A stretch of DNA of 64,000 nt from Haliotis cracherodii (lineage: Eukaryota). Both the position numbers and the translations under genes were made by a program. The stretch covers positions 28,024,001-28,088,000 of the forward strand of contig NW_027266266.1 in the NCBI RefSeq assembly GCF_022045235.1. Reading direction: 5' to 3'. This document shows positions 63,812-64,000 of the stretch, in pieces (within the stretch, counting starts at the first letter, position 1; each line of letters opens with the position of its first letter). The notes under the pieces are model-generated. The model ran no database searches and was not told the origin of the DNA. It worked only from the letters and a program-made list of their open reading frames with translations.

Positions 63812-64000
63812 ATAAAAGTTAGTAAGTGGGTCTTCCCACTGCGGTTAGCAATCAGCAAAGTGTACCACGACGGTAGAGTTAGTGAGTGGGTCTTAACACT
63901 GCGGTTAACAACTAGAAAAGTTTACCACGACGGTAGAGTTAGTGAGTGGGTCTTCACACTGCGATAAGGCAACTAGCAAAGTTTACCACGACGGTAGAGT
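63812..64000. repeat. ~60-bp tandem repeat (runs off the right edge)
   Basis: aaagtttaccacgacggtagagttagtgagtgggtcttcacactgcg... repeated 3 times. Confidence 0.9.

Overview
This is eukaryotic (metazoan) genomic DNA, AT-rich and repeat-dense, with two N-gaps. The SINE and transposon content suggests a mollusc, plausibly an abalone-like gastropod (inference). Host genes supported by the sequence: (1) the terminal S1-S6 exon of a Shaw/Kv3-like potassium channel on the minus strand (29124-30050) with an atypical S6 gate (PIA instead of PVP) and S4; its T1 exon was not found in the window; (2) a compact 3-exon unrecognised gene on the plus strand (26724-28035, about 215 aa); (3) a probable first coding exon with a CRE-containing promoter at about 10.4-10.6 kb, transcribed leftwards into a region showing CpG decay; (4) a long, frameshift-riddled exon or pseudogene (17.4-19.5 kb, minus). 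Mobile DNA: a 5'-truncated APE-RT LINE with a 16-bp TSD inside a 61-bp satellite, two decayed Tc1 (DD34E) elements, a mariner relic, three SINE-like families (one nested in another) and MITEs. There are also about 12 tandem arrays. The most unusual signals are a 142-nt hairpin with three tandem sheared-GA motifs and a GCGAAAGC cap heading a non-coding dispersed element, the atypical Kv subunit, a pseudoknot-like head in a tRNA-less SINE-like family, and an inverted pair of hammerhead-like motifs. All calls were made by eye without database searches.
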